A stretch of DNA of 63,129 nucleotides, counting the filler, from Reclinomonas americana ATCC 50394 (lineage: Eukaryota), in the NCBI GenBank assembly GCA_048213135.1. It is 19 parts of 19 records of this genome, joined end to end, with 100 filler letters (N's around TTAATTAATTAA, not from the genome) between each part and the next. Parts side by side here need not be neighbours in the genome. Positions count along the whole stretch, not along the records: positions 1 to 2,935 come from AFZH01017493.1; positions 3,036 to 6,074 come from AFZH01017495.1; positions 6,175 to 8,425 come from AFZH01017496.1; positions 8,526 to 11,719 come from AFZH01017497.1; positions 11,820 to 13,086 come from AFZH01017499.1; positions 13,187 to 15,563 come from AFZH01017500.1; 13 more parts are not named here. The stretch is one strand, 5' to 3'. The notes below the pieces were generated by a model. It saw only the letters and a list, made by a program, of their open reading frames with translations, did not search any database and was not told the DNA's origin. Both the position numbers and the translations under genes were made by a program. Shown piece by piece: positions 1-13,722 of the stretch (the stretch's first letter is position 1; every line of letters begins with the position of its first letter).

Positions 1-97
1 CGAAAGAACCAAACGAAACGAACAACGAACGTAACGTAACGAACGACGTCGTACCGTTCGTCGTCGTCGTTCGTACTACCTACTCCTCGTCGTCTCG

Positions 98-178
<81 letters not shown>

Positions 179-364
179 GCACATCGCCTGCGAGAAGAAG
201 AAGGCCTTACTACCGGGTGAGGATAGATCATGCCACGCAGTCTTTCTTCTGTAGACACGTTTCACTTTGTTCTCCTCTCGACCCTGTGCATGTCAGGCAG
301 ACGGGATTGACATCGTTGCCTCTCTTACCTTCTCTCACTCGTCTCGTTTCTCCTCATCCCACAG

Positions 365-2267
365 GCCATCTCCTCCGCCATTCGCCGCGCAGGTCTGTAT
401 TTACCACCACCACCCCTCACCTCACATCATGCACCGCTCACTCAACCCATAACACCCAGGCATCAGCAACTTGTACGGCCTCGCCGGCAGCACCAATGTG
501 CAGGGCGAGGAGGTGAAGAAGCTGGACATTCTGAGGTCAGTTCATTTCCTCTCTTCTCATCTCGTGGCATCTCGTCACACCGCCAGTTCCTCGCAGCAAC
601 GAACATTTCCTGTCGGCACTGTCGTGGAGCGGCAAGGTGTGCGCGCTGGTCAGCGAGGAGAACGAGGAGATCATCACGCTGGAGCCGCCGGAGGGCGAGC
701 AGGGCGCGTACGCCATTGCGTTTGATCCGTTGGACGGGTCATCCAACATTGATGCTGCAGTGTGCGTGGAGAGGGCGAGGGAAAAGGAGGAAGAGAGGGA
801 GACTGAAGGAAGTGAGTGACATTGAGAGCAGAAGTTGTCTTGGTGGTTGCCTGGTTGAATGCCTACCTCTTCCCTTCATATCCTTGGAGTTCGAGAGTTG
901 TGCTTCTCATTTCTCTTGGTTTTCATTCCTGCCGACCACAGACCCGTCGGCTCCATCTTCGGCATCTACAAGCGTGTCACCGCACCCGGCAGACCGGGCT
1001 CAGTGGAGGGTCTGTTTGCTTCTCGCTCCCATTGTGTGCACTACGCCGCTGACCTCTCCTCCTCCAGACATTATGCAACCGGGCAACAAGCTGATCTGTG
1101 CCGGCTACTCCATGTATGCCAGTGCAACAATGATTGTGATCTCCATCGGCAACGGCGTGGCTGGGGTGCGTACTTGGGAGATGGCTTTCCGTAACTCTGC
1201 TTTTGTTGTCCCGTGTTTCTCATTTCATCTTTATGCTCTCCGTTTTGTATCATCTCTCGCCTGTTAGTTACTTGCACGCACATACTCTTCTCTCTCTCTC
1301 GCCCCACTTACTCTGCCGATCTAGCTGTCTGTGTTGATTTTCTCACTCTCTTTCTCTGCCTCCTCGTCTTCTGGGTGCGTTGTATCATCACTCCTGGTCT
1401 CTTCGTTCTTTCCTCTCTTGCTCCATCTCTCTCCTTCCTTCCCTCTGTCCCCTCTCCCCCCTCTCTCTCCCCACCCACTCACCAACACCCTACACCCACA
1501 GTTCTCGCTCGACTCGCACATTGGCGAATTCGTCCTCACACACCCCAACATCCGCATCCCCTCCAGGGGCAGCATCTACTCTGTGAACGAGGTTTGCATG
1601 CCCTGACAGACACCCATCCTTTCTTGACCGCCTCTCACCACGCGCCAGGGTAACGAGCCGAACTGGCTCCCGCCGGTCATCAAGTACGTGGAATCACGAA
1701 AGGGTGGCGTGGGTGTGGGAGTTGCGTGCCTTCCTCCTCCACCGACTCGCCTCGCCTCCTCTCACGCGAGCACAGTCATATTCGCAACGCTACGTCGGCT
1801 CCATGGTGGCCGACGTGCATCGCACACTGTTGTACGGCGGCATTTTCATGTACCCGGCCGACAAGAAGGTCTCCCGCCTGCCATTCTCCCTTGCCCATGT
1901 TGACGAGCGTGCTGATTTATCTTTTCCTTCCCGCAGTCTCCAAATGGCAAGCTGCGACTGTTGTACGAGTGCAACCCAATGTCGTTCCTGATGGAGCAGG
2001 CGGGTGGCCTGTCGACGACGGGCGAAATGCGCGTGCTAGATGTTATTCCCTCGGTGCGCGCACTTGCCTGGCAGCGAGTCTCTCTCTATTTCGAAATTGC
2101 ATCTCATTGCTGTTTCACGATTGCAGCACGTACATCAGCGAGTGCCCATCTTCCTCGGCTCGCCCGACAACGTGAACGAACTACTCGAGTACTACGCCAG
2201 GTACTCGGGCAAGGCCGCCAGTGGCGACGGAAGCGGAGCCAGTGGCAGCGGCAGTGGCGCCACGTAA
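365..2267 (+). CDS. FBP1: Fructose-1,6-bisphosphatase class I (spliced, at least 10 exons, 5' end not resolved)
   Basis: Spliced translation gives [118 protein letters not shown]. All introns are GT-AG. Stop TAA at 2265-2267. Confidence 0.97.
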
Positions 2268-2866
2268 TGATTCCCCAACTCACACCAACTCTGTCTCTCT
2301 TCGTCTTCTTGATCTCGACCCACTGTCCTCTGTACGAGCATACTCACAAACACAACACGCAAGACACCGATATTGAACTCGCACTCTGTCTGCTTCTAAT
2401 GTCGATGTAAGGGCACGCAAGAAACCGACACGCGCACACATTCTCTCTGTCTCTCTGCTTCTGATCCTAATTCTCTGCACGCTGTCCAGGGATGAGTAGC
2501 AACAGAGGATGCTCTCTTTCTCTCTCTTCTTGCTCCACTTGATCCTTTGTCCTCTGAAAACAGACTCACTCTCTCTGCTTTTGGTCCTCAAGAATTCATG
2601 CACACGCCGCCGAGAAATCGACATTGATCTCTGTGCGTGTGTACGTGTGTCGGTGCTTCTGATCTCTCCGATCCTGTGTCCGCTGCAGCACACAGAACCC
2701 GATACAGTCTCCTCTAATTCTTGTTCTAGAGCATGCACACGACTCTCTCTCGTTCTCTCTCTCTCTCTCTTTCTCTACCTTGTCATCTTGATACAGTGTC
2801 CGCTGAAACCGACGCAGCACACTGCTTCTGTACTCTAGAGCATGCACACACGCGCCGACACAGAGC

Positions 2867-2927
<61 letters not shown>

Positions 2928-3130
2928 CTCTCGTCNNNNNNNNNNNNNNNNNNNNNNNNNNNNNNNNNNNNNNNNNNNNTTAATTAATTAANNNNNNNNN
3001 NNNNNNNNNNNNNNNNNNNNNNNNNNNNNNNNNNNGAGAGTCAGTCTCTCTGTCTTTCCTTCTCTCTCTCTCTCTCTTTCTCTCCCTCTCTCCTTCTCTC
3101 TCTCTCTCTCATCCCTCTCTTTTCGCACAG

Positions 3131-6010
3131 GTGCAATCGATTGTGAACCCGATCATCACTGCGGCTCTCCAGAATGTGTCGGCGCCCGATGTTCATGTCA
3201 GTGCCGTCGGTATTCATCTCGTTGCGTGAACGCAGAGAGGAAGTGAGGGAGCAATGGAGAAGTGAGCAAGGATCGAAGCAGAGAGATAGAGAAGAAGAAG
3301 AAGAAGAGAGCAAGGCAAGGGAACAGACGCAGAAAAAGAGGAGCAGAACAAGTCACCAAGGCGTGCAGAATGCAGCAGAAAGATGCCGTGTTGAAGAGTG
3401 CGGGGTCGCCAACGTCGGTTCCTCGCGTCGTTCTCTCCCTCAGCAGTGTCTTCGATCTCGGCTACTTTCTGTTCGCACTGCCTTCAGTGAGAATGGGATC
3501 GGGAGAATACCAGCGAGAGAAAGACGAGAGGGTGTGCACGAGAAGAGGAAGAAGTAGCAAGGCATGCATTCAGCGGCAGAGAGTGACGCCGTCCACCCTC
3601 TGTTTTGCTGGAGAGCGCGAGTTCGTCACCTCTCGTCACGCTTTTTCGCATCGCTGTGTCCCTCTCGCTCGATGCCTCCGAAATCGGCCACTCTCGTTCT
3701 CTCTCCTGTGTGATAGAGAGTGCCAGTGAGAAATGCAGACGAGAGGAAGAAACAGGAAGCAAGGAGATAGACTCCGCTCTTCCTCGTGGTTTTCCGCTCT
3801 TTACCGCTCTGACTTTCTGTCATTGTGCAACGGGTTGAGACATCGGCATCTAGAACACAGTCACACTTCCACTTGTGCAGATGCATTTCGGCTTGTCCTC
3901 TCTCTCCTCACTATTCCCTTCCCTTCCCCTCCATCACCAGGACTTGACACACATCCTGATCAAAAACTTTAACCTCGGCACGGAGACCGTGACGCTGGTG
4001 CCGCCGAACCGCGTCAACATTGCCATCAACGGCATGTCGTGCGTCAGCACGCAGAACTGGCAGTACACAGATGGACCTCTGATCAACCTTTCGGGCACGG
4101 CCGAGGATGATGTGTCGAACACGACGGTGAGTGGAGAGGGACGGAGAGATCGAGTAAGGAAAAGGATTCGAATTGTGCTGTGCTGTGCTTTTCTGCTCCG
4201 CTCTGCTCTGCTCTGCTGTGCCGTGCTGTGCTCTGCGGTGCTGCCCTGCTCTGCTCTGCTCTGCTCTTCTCTTCTCTTCTCTGCTCTGCTCTGCTCTACT
4301 CTACTCTGCTCTGCTGTGCTGTGCTGTGCTCTGCTCTGTTGTGCTTCTGTGCTGTGTTCTGCTGTGCTCTGCTCTGCTCTTCTTTGCTCTTCCGTGCTCT
4401 GCTGCGTCATTAGCAAACTCCTTGATTGAAAACCTGACTCGTGCCTCGGCAGATCAACCTGGTGCTCCAGTTCTCGACCGACTCGAATGGCCGACTGCAG
4501 ATGGCCATTGCATCGTGCGACAGTTCCGTTTCCTATTCTCCTCTCTCCGCATTCCCTTCCTTCTGCGTGCTTATCTCTCTTCACCCCCCGCAGTGCACAT
4601 TGGCAATCTTGACATCCACCTGCACGGTGGGGACTCGTCGTTCTACGAGGTGCAGCCGTTCCCTCTCCGCCCTTCCTTCAAGAGCGACTGACCCTTTTAC
4701 ATCAACAGGCCATTGCCAAGCTGTTCAAGCCAACCATCGAGAACGTCGTCCAGGGCCAAGTGTGCAGCAACCTGGCCGATCAGGTCAATTCGTTGGCCTC
4801 CACCTTTTTGTCCAAGGTCAGCAGATCTCTCTTCTTCCCCGCGCGCCCCGCAGTCTCACCCCCTGTCGCAGATCCCGGTGGCCGTCCCCCTCGTCCCCAA
4901 CGTCGAAATCGACTATGCGCTCGTCAAGCAAGACGCGCTGCACGCGCTGGCCGGCACGTACTGGCCGCACAGCTGCATCTATTCTGGCTCCAGCGAGCCA
5001 CTGGTGCAACAGCAGTTTGGCGACATTGGCTTGCCAAACTACACCAGGTGACAGCGAAAGAATTGCTCTCATTCGCGCCCTTCCACTCACCACCATCCCT
5101 TTTTCCCCCACCGCAGCTTTGACATTTCGGGGTATTACCGCGCCCCTGTGACTGGCTCGTACCAATTTTCTATCTCGTACAACCAGTGCGGTCAGCTGGA
5201 TTTCAACGGGCAGAGCGTTGCGTCAGGAGATGAGGAGAGCTGGGGGTGGATCTTGTTACTCAACTGGTGTTTCGCACACAGGTCGGTGGACTGGAGATGC
5301 ACAACCCAGGCATGTGCTGGGTGCGCCACCGCACCGACACCACCAGCCCGCAGACGCTGCAGGGCAACCAGTTGCGGACCTCGTGCAGCAGCTGTTGGAA
5401 GGTCGATACCTTACTCTCCTCGCAGATTCTATCCCATTCGCCTGCGATACCAGGCCGGATGTGGTGGTGGCACCATCCACCTCAACGTGTGCGTGAACGG
5501 CTCCTGCTCGCCCGTCACTCCGCTCAGCGTGGCCACCAAGGTGGCGTATGGTGAGTGTGGGGTAAGGGAGGAAGAGAAAGAGAGGAGGAACCAGAGTTGA
5601 CATGAGAGAGATCGGTCAAGGATTGAGGATGGAGAGAGACACTGATCACACCGATCAAGGATTAAGGATGGAGAGGGAGACAGTAATTACACGCACACGC
5701 CGATCATTGGTTGAGGGCGGAGAGAGACACTGATTACACGCACACGCCGATCAAGGGTTGAGAGTGGAGGAGAGACACTGGTCACTCGCACACTCAGATC
5801 AAGGGCAGAGGTTTGAGAGTGACACTGATCACGCACACAAACCGATCAAGGGCTGAGGGTTGAGGAGAGACGCAGATCTCTCGAGGATGGAGGAGACGCT
5901 TGCTCTCCCCCATGCTCTCCCCATCTGGACCCCATCCTCTCCCCCGTCCTCTCCCCCAAATTCTTTCCCATCCTTTCTCTTCCCTTCTCTTCCCTTCTCT
6001 TCCCTTCTCT

Positions 6011-6074
<64 letters not shown>

Positions 6075-7617
6075 NNNNNNNNNNNNNNNNNNNNNNNNNN
6101 NNNNNNNNNNNNNNNNNNTTAATTAATTAANNNNNNNNNNNNNNNNNNNNNNNNNNNNNNNNNNNNNNNNNNNNGCTTTCCCCTTGCTCTTCCCCTTCGT
6201 CTCTTCCCCTTGCTTCCCCCTTCGCTTCCCCCTTGCTTTCCCCTTCGCTTTCCCCCTTGCTTTCCCCCTTGCTTTCTCCATTGCTTTCCCCCTTGCTTTC
6301 CCCCTTGCTGTCCCTCAATGCTCTCCCCCAATGCTCTCATTCAATGCTCTCCCTCGTTGCTCTCCCCCAATGCTCTCCCCCATTGCTTTCCCTTTTTGCT
6401 CTCCATTGCTTGCCCCCTTTCCCACCTTCCCCCTTCCCCCTTTCCCCTTATTTCCTTCTCCCATCCTCTCCCCCATCCTCACCCCCTTTGCTCTTCCCTT
6501 ATCTTCCTTCCCCCTTTCCCCCTTCCCCCCTTCCCCCTTCCCATACCCCTTTCCCCCTTCTCTTCCCCCTTATCCTTCCCCTTTCTTTGCGCAGACTTCC
6601 CCTTCGTCGTCGAAGACTCCTACATCGAAACGGAGAGCCACATGGAGATCTACGCCCTGCCCTCACGCCCCGACTGCCCCGCCCCCACGCACCAGCTCCC
6701 CGACGCCCCCTCCACCACCGAGCCAATGATGGAGATTGCCCTCGACGACTATGTTGCGCGCGTCATCCCTTCCTTTTCGTGCGAGCACTTTCATTGCTCA
6801 ACACTACCACCTTCACAGATCATCAACTCGGCCGGTTTTGCATTCAACCAGGCGCAATACCTCGAGTACCTGTTCACCCCCGACAACCTGCCCTCCGACA
6901 TTCCCATCAAGCTCAACACCACCTGGTGGCGCTACCTCATTCCCGGCCTCTATCACCAATTCCCCAACGCCGCAATGGAGGTGCTGGTGTACCAGGACAG
7001 CACGCCCTCGGCCTCCATCTCACCCAGTGGACTCTCCGCCTCCATGCACTCGATGGTCAACGTGTCGGTGCTGGCCGGCTCGCCCGAACCACGACCAACG
7101 GCGGCGTTGCAATTCGAGTTGCTGCTGGCCGCCGCCGGCATCTCGGTCGCCGTGCAGAATGACGCGCTGACGGCACACATTGGCGCGGTGACTTTTGATT
7201 TGTCGTTGCGCTGGTCCCTTGTGCCGGCCTTCAACGTCAGCGTGTTGGATGCGCTGCTCGACAGCTTGCTGGAGCATGTCGCCGTACCGTTGCGTTTTTT
7301 TGTGAAGAAAGGAGTCGACGCCCAACAGGAGCTCATAGGTTGTGTGATCCAGATTCGCCAATGCGGCGCTGGCGCGCGGTATTCCGCTGCACGCGGTCAA
7401 CGGCCTCAATCTCGTCAACCCACAAGTGCAGTTCCAGAACGGATACCTGAACATCCAGACCGACTTTTCGTATCAACCATCGGCGGCGCTCTCCGCCAAA
7501 CGGCAGCTGCGAGAAGGCGAACGAGTGCTGGTACTCGACGACGACGACAATGATCGTGACGATGATGTCGTTGGAGTGCTGCTGCGCGGACAGGGAGGCG
7601 GAGCGGACGAACACTGA
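3131..7617 (+). CDS. BPI/LBP/CETP-family lipid-binding protein with an inserted PA14/GLEYA-like domain (spliced, N-terminus missing)
   Basis: Exons join in frame: VQSIVNPIITAALQNVSAPDV; MAIASCDMHIGNLDIHLHGG; QGQVCSNL; EIDYALV; DDYIINSAGFAF; IPIKLNTTWWRYLIPGLYHQFPNAAM; LARGIPLHAVNGLNLVNPQVQFQNGYLNIQTDF. These are typical BPI1/BPI2 motifs, including the conserved Cys pair. One assembly gap lies in an intron. Confidence 0.88.
4175..4405. repeat. Intronic (CTGCT/CTGTG)n pentanucleotide satellite
   Basis: Visible tandem gctct/gctgt units inside the BPI intron starting at 4127. Confidence 0.85.
5610..5880. repeat. Intronic minisatellite, about 45-50 bp unit, about 6 copies
   Basis: Recurring gatcaagg..tgag..ggagagagacactgat.acacgcacac. 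Confidence 0.8.
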
Positions 7618-7987
7618 ACGAATTTCGGGGAAAATGTATACCAAGAGTTGCGGGAAGCCACCGCGGGGATCAGAAACACATACATGCACACACACAGAGA
7701 GAGATACAAAACACGGAGAGCAAGTGGACTTTTCCTCAATCGCCAGAGGAGACGACAACAAAAAACAACAAACTCGCGGCAGCGCTCACAGACTGAAGCT
7801 ACTGCCATTCCAGACGCACGGCACTCGGACCGCGCCATATCCAACACGCTCAAATTGTGCTCACAAGAGGGGGAGAAAATGAAGAGAAGGCATTACGAAG
7901 CAACAGCAAAACACAACACACACATATGAGAGGAAATAAAAACGAAGGAACCACAACAGGGTTCTAAAGAGATCAAGACACTCGTGA

Positions 7988-8298
7988 TCACAGTGCGACC
8001 GTGCGAGCCCGCTGCGAACAGACAAAGTGAGCTTCTTTCGTCAACCGAAGAACGAGAGGAGTGCAAAACACACCTTGAATTCACGCAGTGAGCGCAGCGC
8101 GGTACCCAAAAAGTCGTTCCACGTCACCCGCCCGCCAATGTGTGGCACCGCCTGTGAGAATGCAGTGCAGTTCTCCTCCGAGTACGAACGGCCCTGGAAC
8201 ACTTGCAGGATGTTGCCGACCACCGACATGGGCACAACGTCGCCGCGCTCCCGATCAAACGACACGAACGAGTTGCGCAGGCGCGCAATGAGGGCCAG
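7988..8298 (-). CDS. 3' part of a calmodulin/EF-hand-like protein (degenerate EF hands)
   Basis: Exon 8298-8074 reads LALIARLRNSFVSFDRERGDVVPMSVVGNILQVF...GGRVTWNDFLGTAL, resembling an EF-hand pair. A GT-AG intron leads to terminal exon 8011-7988 (RARTVAL*). Upstream exons are lost in the gap. Confidence 0.55.
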
Positions 8299-8532
8299 CT
8301 GTGGAGCGAGTGAGAAAAGGGGGAAAGCAAAAATGACAAGCATCTGTCGGTGTCTGCTCCCTCCTCTGCATCACAAACCCCCTCTCCTCTACCGCTATTT
8401 CTCTCTCTCTCTCTCTCTCTCTCTCNNNNNNNNNNNNNNNNNNNNNNNNNNNNNNNNNNNNNNNNNNNNTTAATTAATTAANNNNNNNNNNNNNNNNNNN
8501 NNNNNNNNNNNNNNNNNNNNNNNNNTAGGAGT

Positions 8533-8604
<72 letters not shown>

Positions 8605-9361
8605 GTGTGTGTGTGTGTGTGTTGACACGCGCTGTCTCTCACTCTCCTGACTCGCTCTCTCTCTCAGACACTCATGTTCTATCGCTCGTTCTCTCTCTCT
8701 CTCTTTTGGGTGCGAGCGAGAGGGTCGTCGCATTTGAATGGTTGTTTGAGTGGGTTTGGGTGCTGGACGCAGCGCTCTCTGTGTGTGTGCGCGCGTGTGC
8801 ATGAGAGTGTTTCTCTCTCACTCTCTTGTTCTTAAAAGCGTCGTTTGAACATGATCGTGTGCTCGCTCGCTTCCTCGCTCTCTCTCTCTCTCTGTTGTGG
8901 GTGCGAGCGAGAGTTGATTGGTTGTTTGAGTGGGTCGTGTACTCGTTCTGGTGTGTGTCTTGCGTGCGTGGTCACATGATCGTGTGCGTGAGAGGTACAC
9001 TGTCTCTCGTTCTCGCTTCGGGGATAAGAGACACGCATGGGTCGTCGCGTGTGCTTGAATGTTGGCGTATCGTGCCTGTCTCGCGCCCTCTCCGTGTCAC
9101 GCTCTCTCACAGGGTTCATCGATACAATGTTCTTTCTTTCTCGGTCACACGCTCTTCGTCTTCTCGCTCCTTCTTTTGCTGGCTGCTTCTCTCGCTCTCA
9201 TTCTCCCTCTTCCATTCTGCTGTCCATCTCGCTGTCTGCTTTCTCTCTCCGTCTTCTCAATCCCTGCACCTCTCTCCCTCCTCCTTCCCCCCTCTTCTCA
9301 CTCCGTCCGTTCGACTGTCCTCTTGCCTGTTTTCTCACTTCCCCTTTCCCCTCCATCAGCC

Positions 9362-11165
9362 ATGGGCACGTGGTTCATGTGGGCCTCCTCCCACTGGGTC
9401 TGCCTGGACGAGCAATTCGGCTACTTTGTCGCGCCCTTCTACTTTGTGGTGTTCCTGGTGGTGGCCGGCATCACGCTCCGATTAGCCTACTCGGTGGTGG
9501 CGCTGTTGTGGTGAGTGCGATGCACAAGAGAGACAAGCGAGAGATTCAGCAACACGAATGAGATGACAGCGCGTTTATCTGTCTCAGTCTCCCTTCCCGC
9601 CTCTCTCGTCACACACACATACACGCTCTTGCACGTGTGCCCACACAGCCAGAGAGAGAGAGAGAGAGCAACGCTAACTGAGAGAGCACTTTTCTGTCTG
9701 ACTCTTCCTTCGGCCTTCTTCTCTCTCCAAGCACGCATGCAAGAGACTGCTCTCTGACTACTCTGACGACCCTCTCTCTCTCTCTCTCCACATACACACA
9801 TTCGCATGCACACGGTCAGAGAGAGAGAGAGAAAGCAAAAGCAATTGAGAGGACTGCGCATTTCGTCTGTCTGATTTCCTTCACCCCTCACTCTTCACTC
9901 ACAAATCCTGTTCTGTGGTGTTTACTCACCCCTTCCGTGCAGGTTCCGCATCACTCGCAAGATCCTGCAGCTGCACAGCATGTGGACATGGGTCACGGTT
10001 ATTCTGCTCATTGTTTTCAATGTGATGAGTGGCACCGCGCTGGCTCTGCTCGATCTGGGCGACACGGGCGTCATTCATCAGGAGAAGCAGATCATGATTG
10101 CAGTTGCGAAGGGGAAGGGGCGAAGGAGGGAAGGAGAGACGGGAAGAGCTCGCTCTTGCTTTATTCTTTCTCTGGACGTGCGATATGGAGGCAAGAGAAT
10201 GTATGTGTGTGAGAAAGGGAGTCGGAGAGTGAGAGCGTCGAATAATAGGACTAATAATCGTCGCAACTTGCGAAACTAGATAAGAGGCGAGGCAGAATGT
10301 TGGGGGAGAGAGATAGAAAGAAAGAAAAGGAAGAACAGAAGAGAGGGAAAGTGAGAGTGGCTGAAAGAGAGCACAAGAGAGACAACGCACATGCGCGCAC
10401 AGACAGACAGATACATATGGGCAAGGAATAGTCGAAACGCGGTGCTTTGGTAAAGCAGAATCACTCATCTCGGCACGGCGAGGAGAAACTGCACTGATAG
10501 TAATAAATTGAGAGTGAAAGAGACAGAGAAAGAGAACCGAAAGGAGAGAGAGAATGACAGGGATAGAAAGAGAGAGAGAGAGAGAGAAATTGCCACATGC
10601 CCAAGGCTTTCAGGCAGCTCACTCCTTTCCTCTCCCTCTCTCTTCGCCCTTTCCTTTTTCCTTTCGCCGCCCTTTCCCCCTTCCCCTTTCCCTCACTTCC
10701 CTTTCCCCCTTCCCCTTTCCCCCTCACCTCCCTTTCCCTTTATTCCAGACGGACCTCGGCATCATCGGCATCTGCTTCGTCTACAGCATATTAGTGATTG
10801 CACAAATCTGCCGCCGCGGCAGCGTCGTCTCGCGCGCCAAGCAACGCGGCATTCTCTTCCGCTGCCTGGCCGCGCTGATCGGCTTTGCCGTGGCCGTGGC
10901 CGTGCACACGATTGTCATTCTACTGGAGATGACCAACTACACGCTGGTGCTGTCGCTGTTCTTGCTCGGCGACGGTCTGCCGTTCGCCCTCATGCTGTGG
11001 CTGTTCCGGAAGCGCGAGCACGCTTCGCAGTCCAAGTTTAATTCGCGGCGCTCGACGTCGGCCACGACGATGAGTTCGAGGAGTGATGTGACCTCGACGA
11101 TGACGTCGTCGTTGTCGGCGGAGGGGACGTCGGGGCCGGAGCATTCGTTGAGAGTTGAGTGGTGA
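9362..11165 (+). CDS. Multi-pass membrane protein, probably TM3-TM7 of a 7TM receptor-like protein (5' end uncertain)
   Basis: Three in-frame exons (9360-9510, 9943-10102, 10749-11165) encode about 5 hydrophobic helices ending LLGDGLPFALMLWLF, then a Ser/Thr-rich tail. Confidence 0.7.
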
Positions 11166-11244
11166 TGGGGGAAAGGGGTTGAAGGGGGTTGGAGGGGAAG
11201 GGTGAGGGGAGAAAAGGGAAAGAGAGGGGAAAGACAGGGGGAGT

Positions 11245-11280
<36 letters not shown>

Positions 11281-11484
11281 CTGCAAGGGTGTGCGAGAGT
11301 GAAGCACGATGAGAGAAGGAAGAAAATGATGGTGATGATGTGTGTGAGAGAGAGAGTGTGTGTGTGAACGCAATGCTGTGAGTTTCTTGGCAGTTCAGTT
11401 GGACGAAGGGGATGCGTTTCTGAGAACTGAAGCGTATGTCATGTGTGTAATTTCGTGGTTGATGGCGGAGGGTATTGTGCACAG

Positions 11485-11719
<235 letters not shown>

Positions 11720-12142
11720 NNNNNNNNNNNNNNNNNNNNNNNNNNNNNNNNNNNNNNNNNNNNTTAATTAATTAANNNNNNNNNNNNNNNNNNNNNNNNN
11801 NNNNNNNNNNNNNNNNNNNGAGCACAGCTGCGCGCTTGCTTTCTTCGGATCGATCCTGTGCTCCGTTAACACGTCGCCTGCTGTACGGCCAAGGCGGATG
11901 TACGGTACAGCAGAGGAGGGAGGGAGAGAGAGAGAGAGAAGAGACAAGAGTGTGGGTGTGTGTGTTGCGGTATGTTGCAGTTCAAGTCCATCAAGGAGCT
12001 GGGCTCAGCTGCATTGTGGAATGATTGCATCCTCTGAGAGTGGAGGTGCGATTGTTTACGAGAATTGAGTGTCGTGTCTTTCGCACATTACAGAGTGACT
12101 GAGGGAACGGAGAGAGAGAGAGAGGAGAGTTGTGTGTGTGTG

Positions 12143-12173
<31 letters not shown>

Positions 12174-12569
12174 TGCGGTATGTTGCCGTTCAGATTCAGA
12201 AAGGAACTGGGCTGAGCTGCGTTATCGAAAGATTGCATCCTCTGAGAGGGGAGGCGCAAGAGTTTTGAGAATCGAGTGTGGTGTCTTTGTGTACTCGCGC
12301 CTTGAGCAGAGAGGCTGGCACAGTGATTGCGTTTTCCTTGCGATGAGAAAAGCAGTCTCTCGAGTACGAGAGAAAAATGGCGATTATCGCCTTTGATCAA
12401 GTAGCGTTCCCTCACCTTTTCCCCCTTCCGCCCTCACCCTTCCCCTTCTGCTCTCTTCATCTTCCCCCCTTCCACCCTCACCCTTTCCCCACTTTCACAT
12501 CACCTTTTCCCCCTTCCGCCCTTTCCCCCTTCCACCCTTCCACCCTCTCACCCTTTCCCCCTTTCGCAG

Positions 12570-12902
12570 CACTACCAACCCCGCCGCCCGGCCTCCTACC
12601 GCTGGGAATCCGACGACGACGACAGCGACAGCGACGACGTGGTGTCACCCACACACAAGGCCGCCATGAAGCACGCCACCGTGTTCTCCGACGCGGAGCG
12701 CTCTTCTCATTCCGGCGGCGGCGACGACAGCGCCAAGTTGCTGCCGCCGCCGCCCGCGCGTGTGCGCAGCGAGTCGCCGGGCACGACGACGACCACTACC
12801 GATTATGTGTCGTATGAGGCTGGTCGGAGACCACCGAGTGGTGGGAGTGGTGGGGGTGGTGGTGGTGCGACGGTGCGATTTGTGGATGATGTGTCGGTAT
12901 GA
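12570..12902 (+). CDS. Terminal exon of an unknown gene (low-complexity C-terminus)
   Basis: A polypyrimidine tract and CAG precede the open frame HYQPRRPASYRWESDDDDSDSDDVVSPTHK...VRFVDDVSV*, with coding-like GC content. Confidence 0.55.
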   Translation, partial: HYQPRRPASYRWESDDDDSDSDDVVSPTHKAAMKHATVFSDAERSSHSGGGDDSAKLLPPPPARVRSESPGTTTTTTDYVSYEAGRRPPSGGSGGGGGGATVRFVDDVSV

Positions 12903-13722
12903 TGATAGGTGTTGGCGAGGAAATTAATGGTTATGTTTTGTGTGTTGAAAATTGTGGAAGAGGGCGGGGGGGGGGGGGGGGGGGGGTAGGGAGTGTGTGG
13001 TGTGTGTGTGGTGGGTGGTGGAGAGGAGGAGGAGGAGTCGTCGTACGTACGTACTCGTCGTCGTCGCCGACGACGACGACGACGACNNNNNNNNNNNNNN
13101 NNNNNNNNNNNNNNNNNNNNNNNNNNNNNNTTAATTAATTAANNNNNNNNNNNNNNNNNNNNNNNNNNNNNNNNNNNNNNNNNNNNGAGAGAGGAGGAGG
13201 AGGTGAGAGAGAGAGAGAGGAGGGAGGGAGGAAGTAGAGAATAGAGAGAGGAGGAAGAGATGAGTGCGTATGGAGGAGAGAGAGAGAGAGAGAGAGGTGA
13301 ATGGGGAGGGAAAAAGAACAGACAGTGACCAGGGAGGGAGGGAGAGAGGCAGGTAGAAGCGAGTTTGTGTGTGAGAGAGAGAGAGAGAGAGAGGAAGAGA
13401 GATGTGTGCAGTCGATTTGTTGAGTTTATCTCCGTCTGGCGGGCTGTACAAGTGCTGATGCTTACAATTGCAATTTTGGAATGCCGACTCGGCAGCGGTG
13501 AGACTGGTGAGGTCTAGGCACACCAGTCTCACAATGCACAGCCACCAACCTCAGGCATCGACATCGAACGAGAAAGTTTGGCTGGATTGGGAGCTGTCCG
13601 TCGCACTTCGGCATTCTGTGAGCCGCACCTCGTCAAGTTTGCATGCACGTGAGCTGCACGCCTGAGCAACCGCCAGCGAGACTCACAAGTTTTGTGTTTT
13701 TCATTTTTTATTAGGCGATCTA

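Noticed and set aside
181..364. Candidate upstream FBPase exons, including a possible GC-AG intron
   Set aside because: No frame gives a convincing FBPase N-terminus, and the sequence is close to a noisy contig end.
2936..3035. N-run/TTAATTAATTAA/N-run motif recurring throughout the window
   Set aside because: Artificial contig spacer with stops in all six frames. ORFs ending in XXX-LIN are artefacts, and contig adjacency across spacers is not guaranteed.
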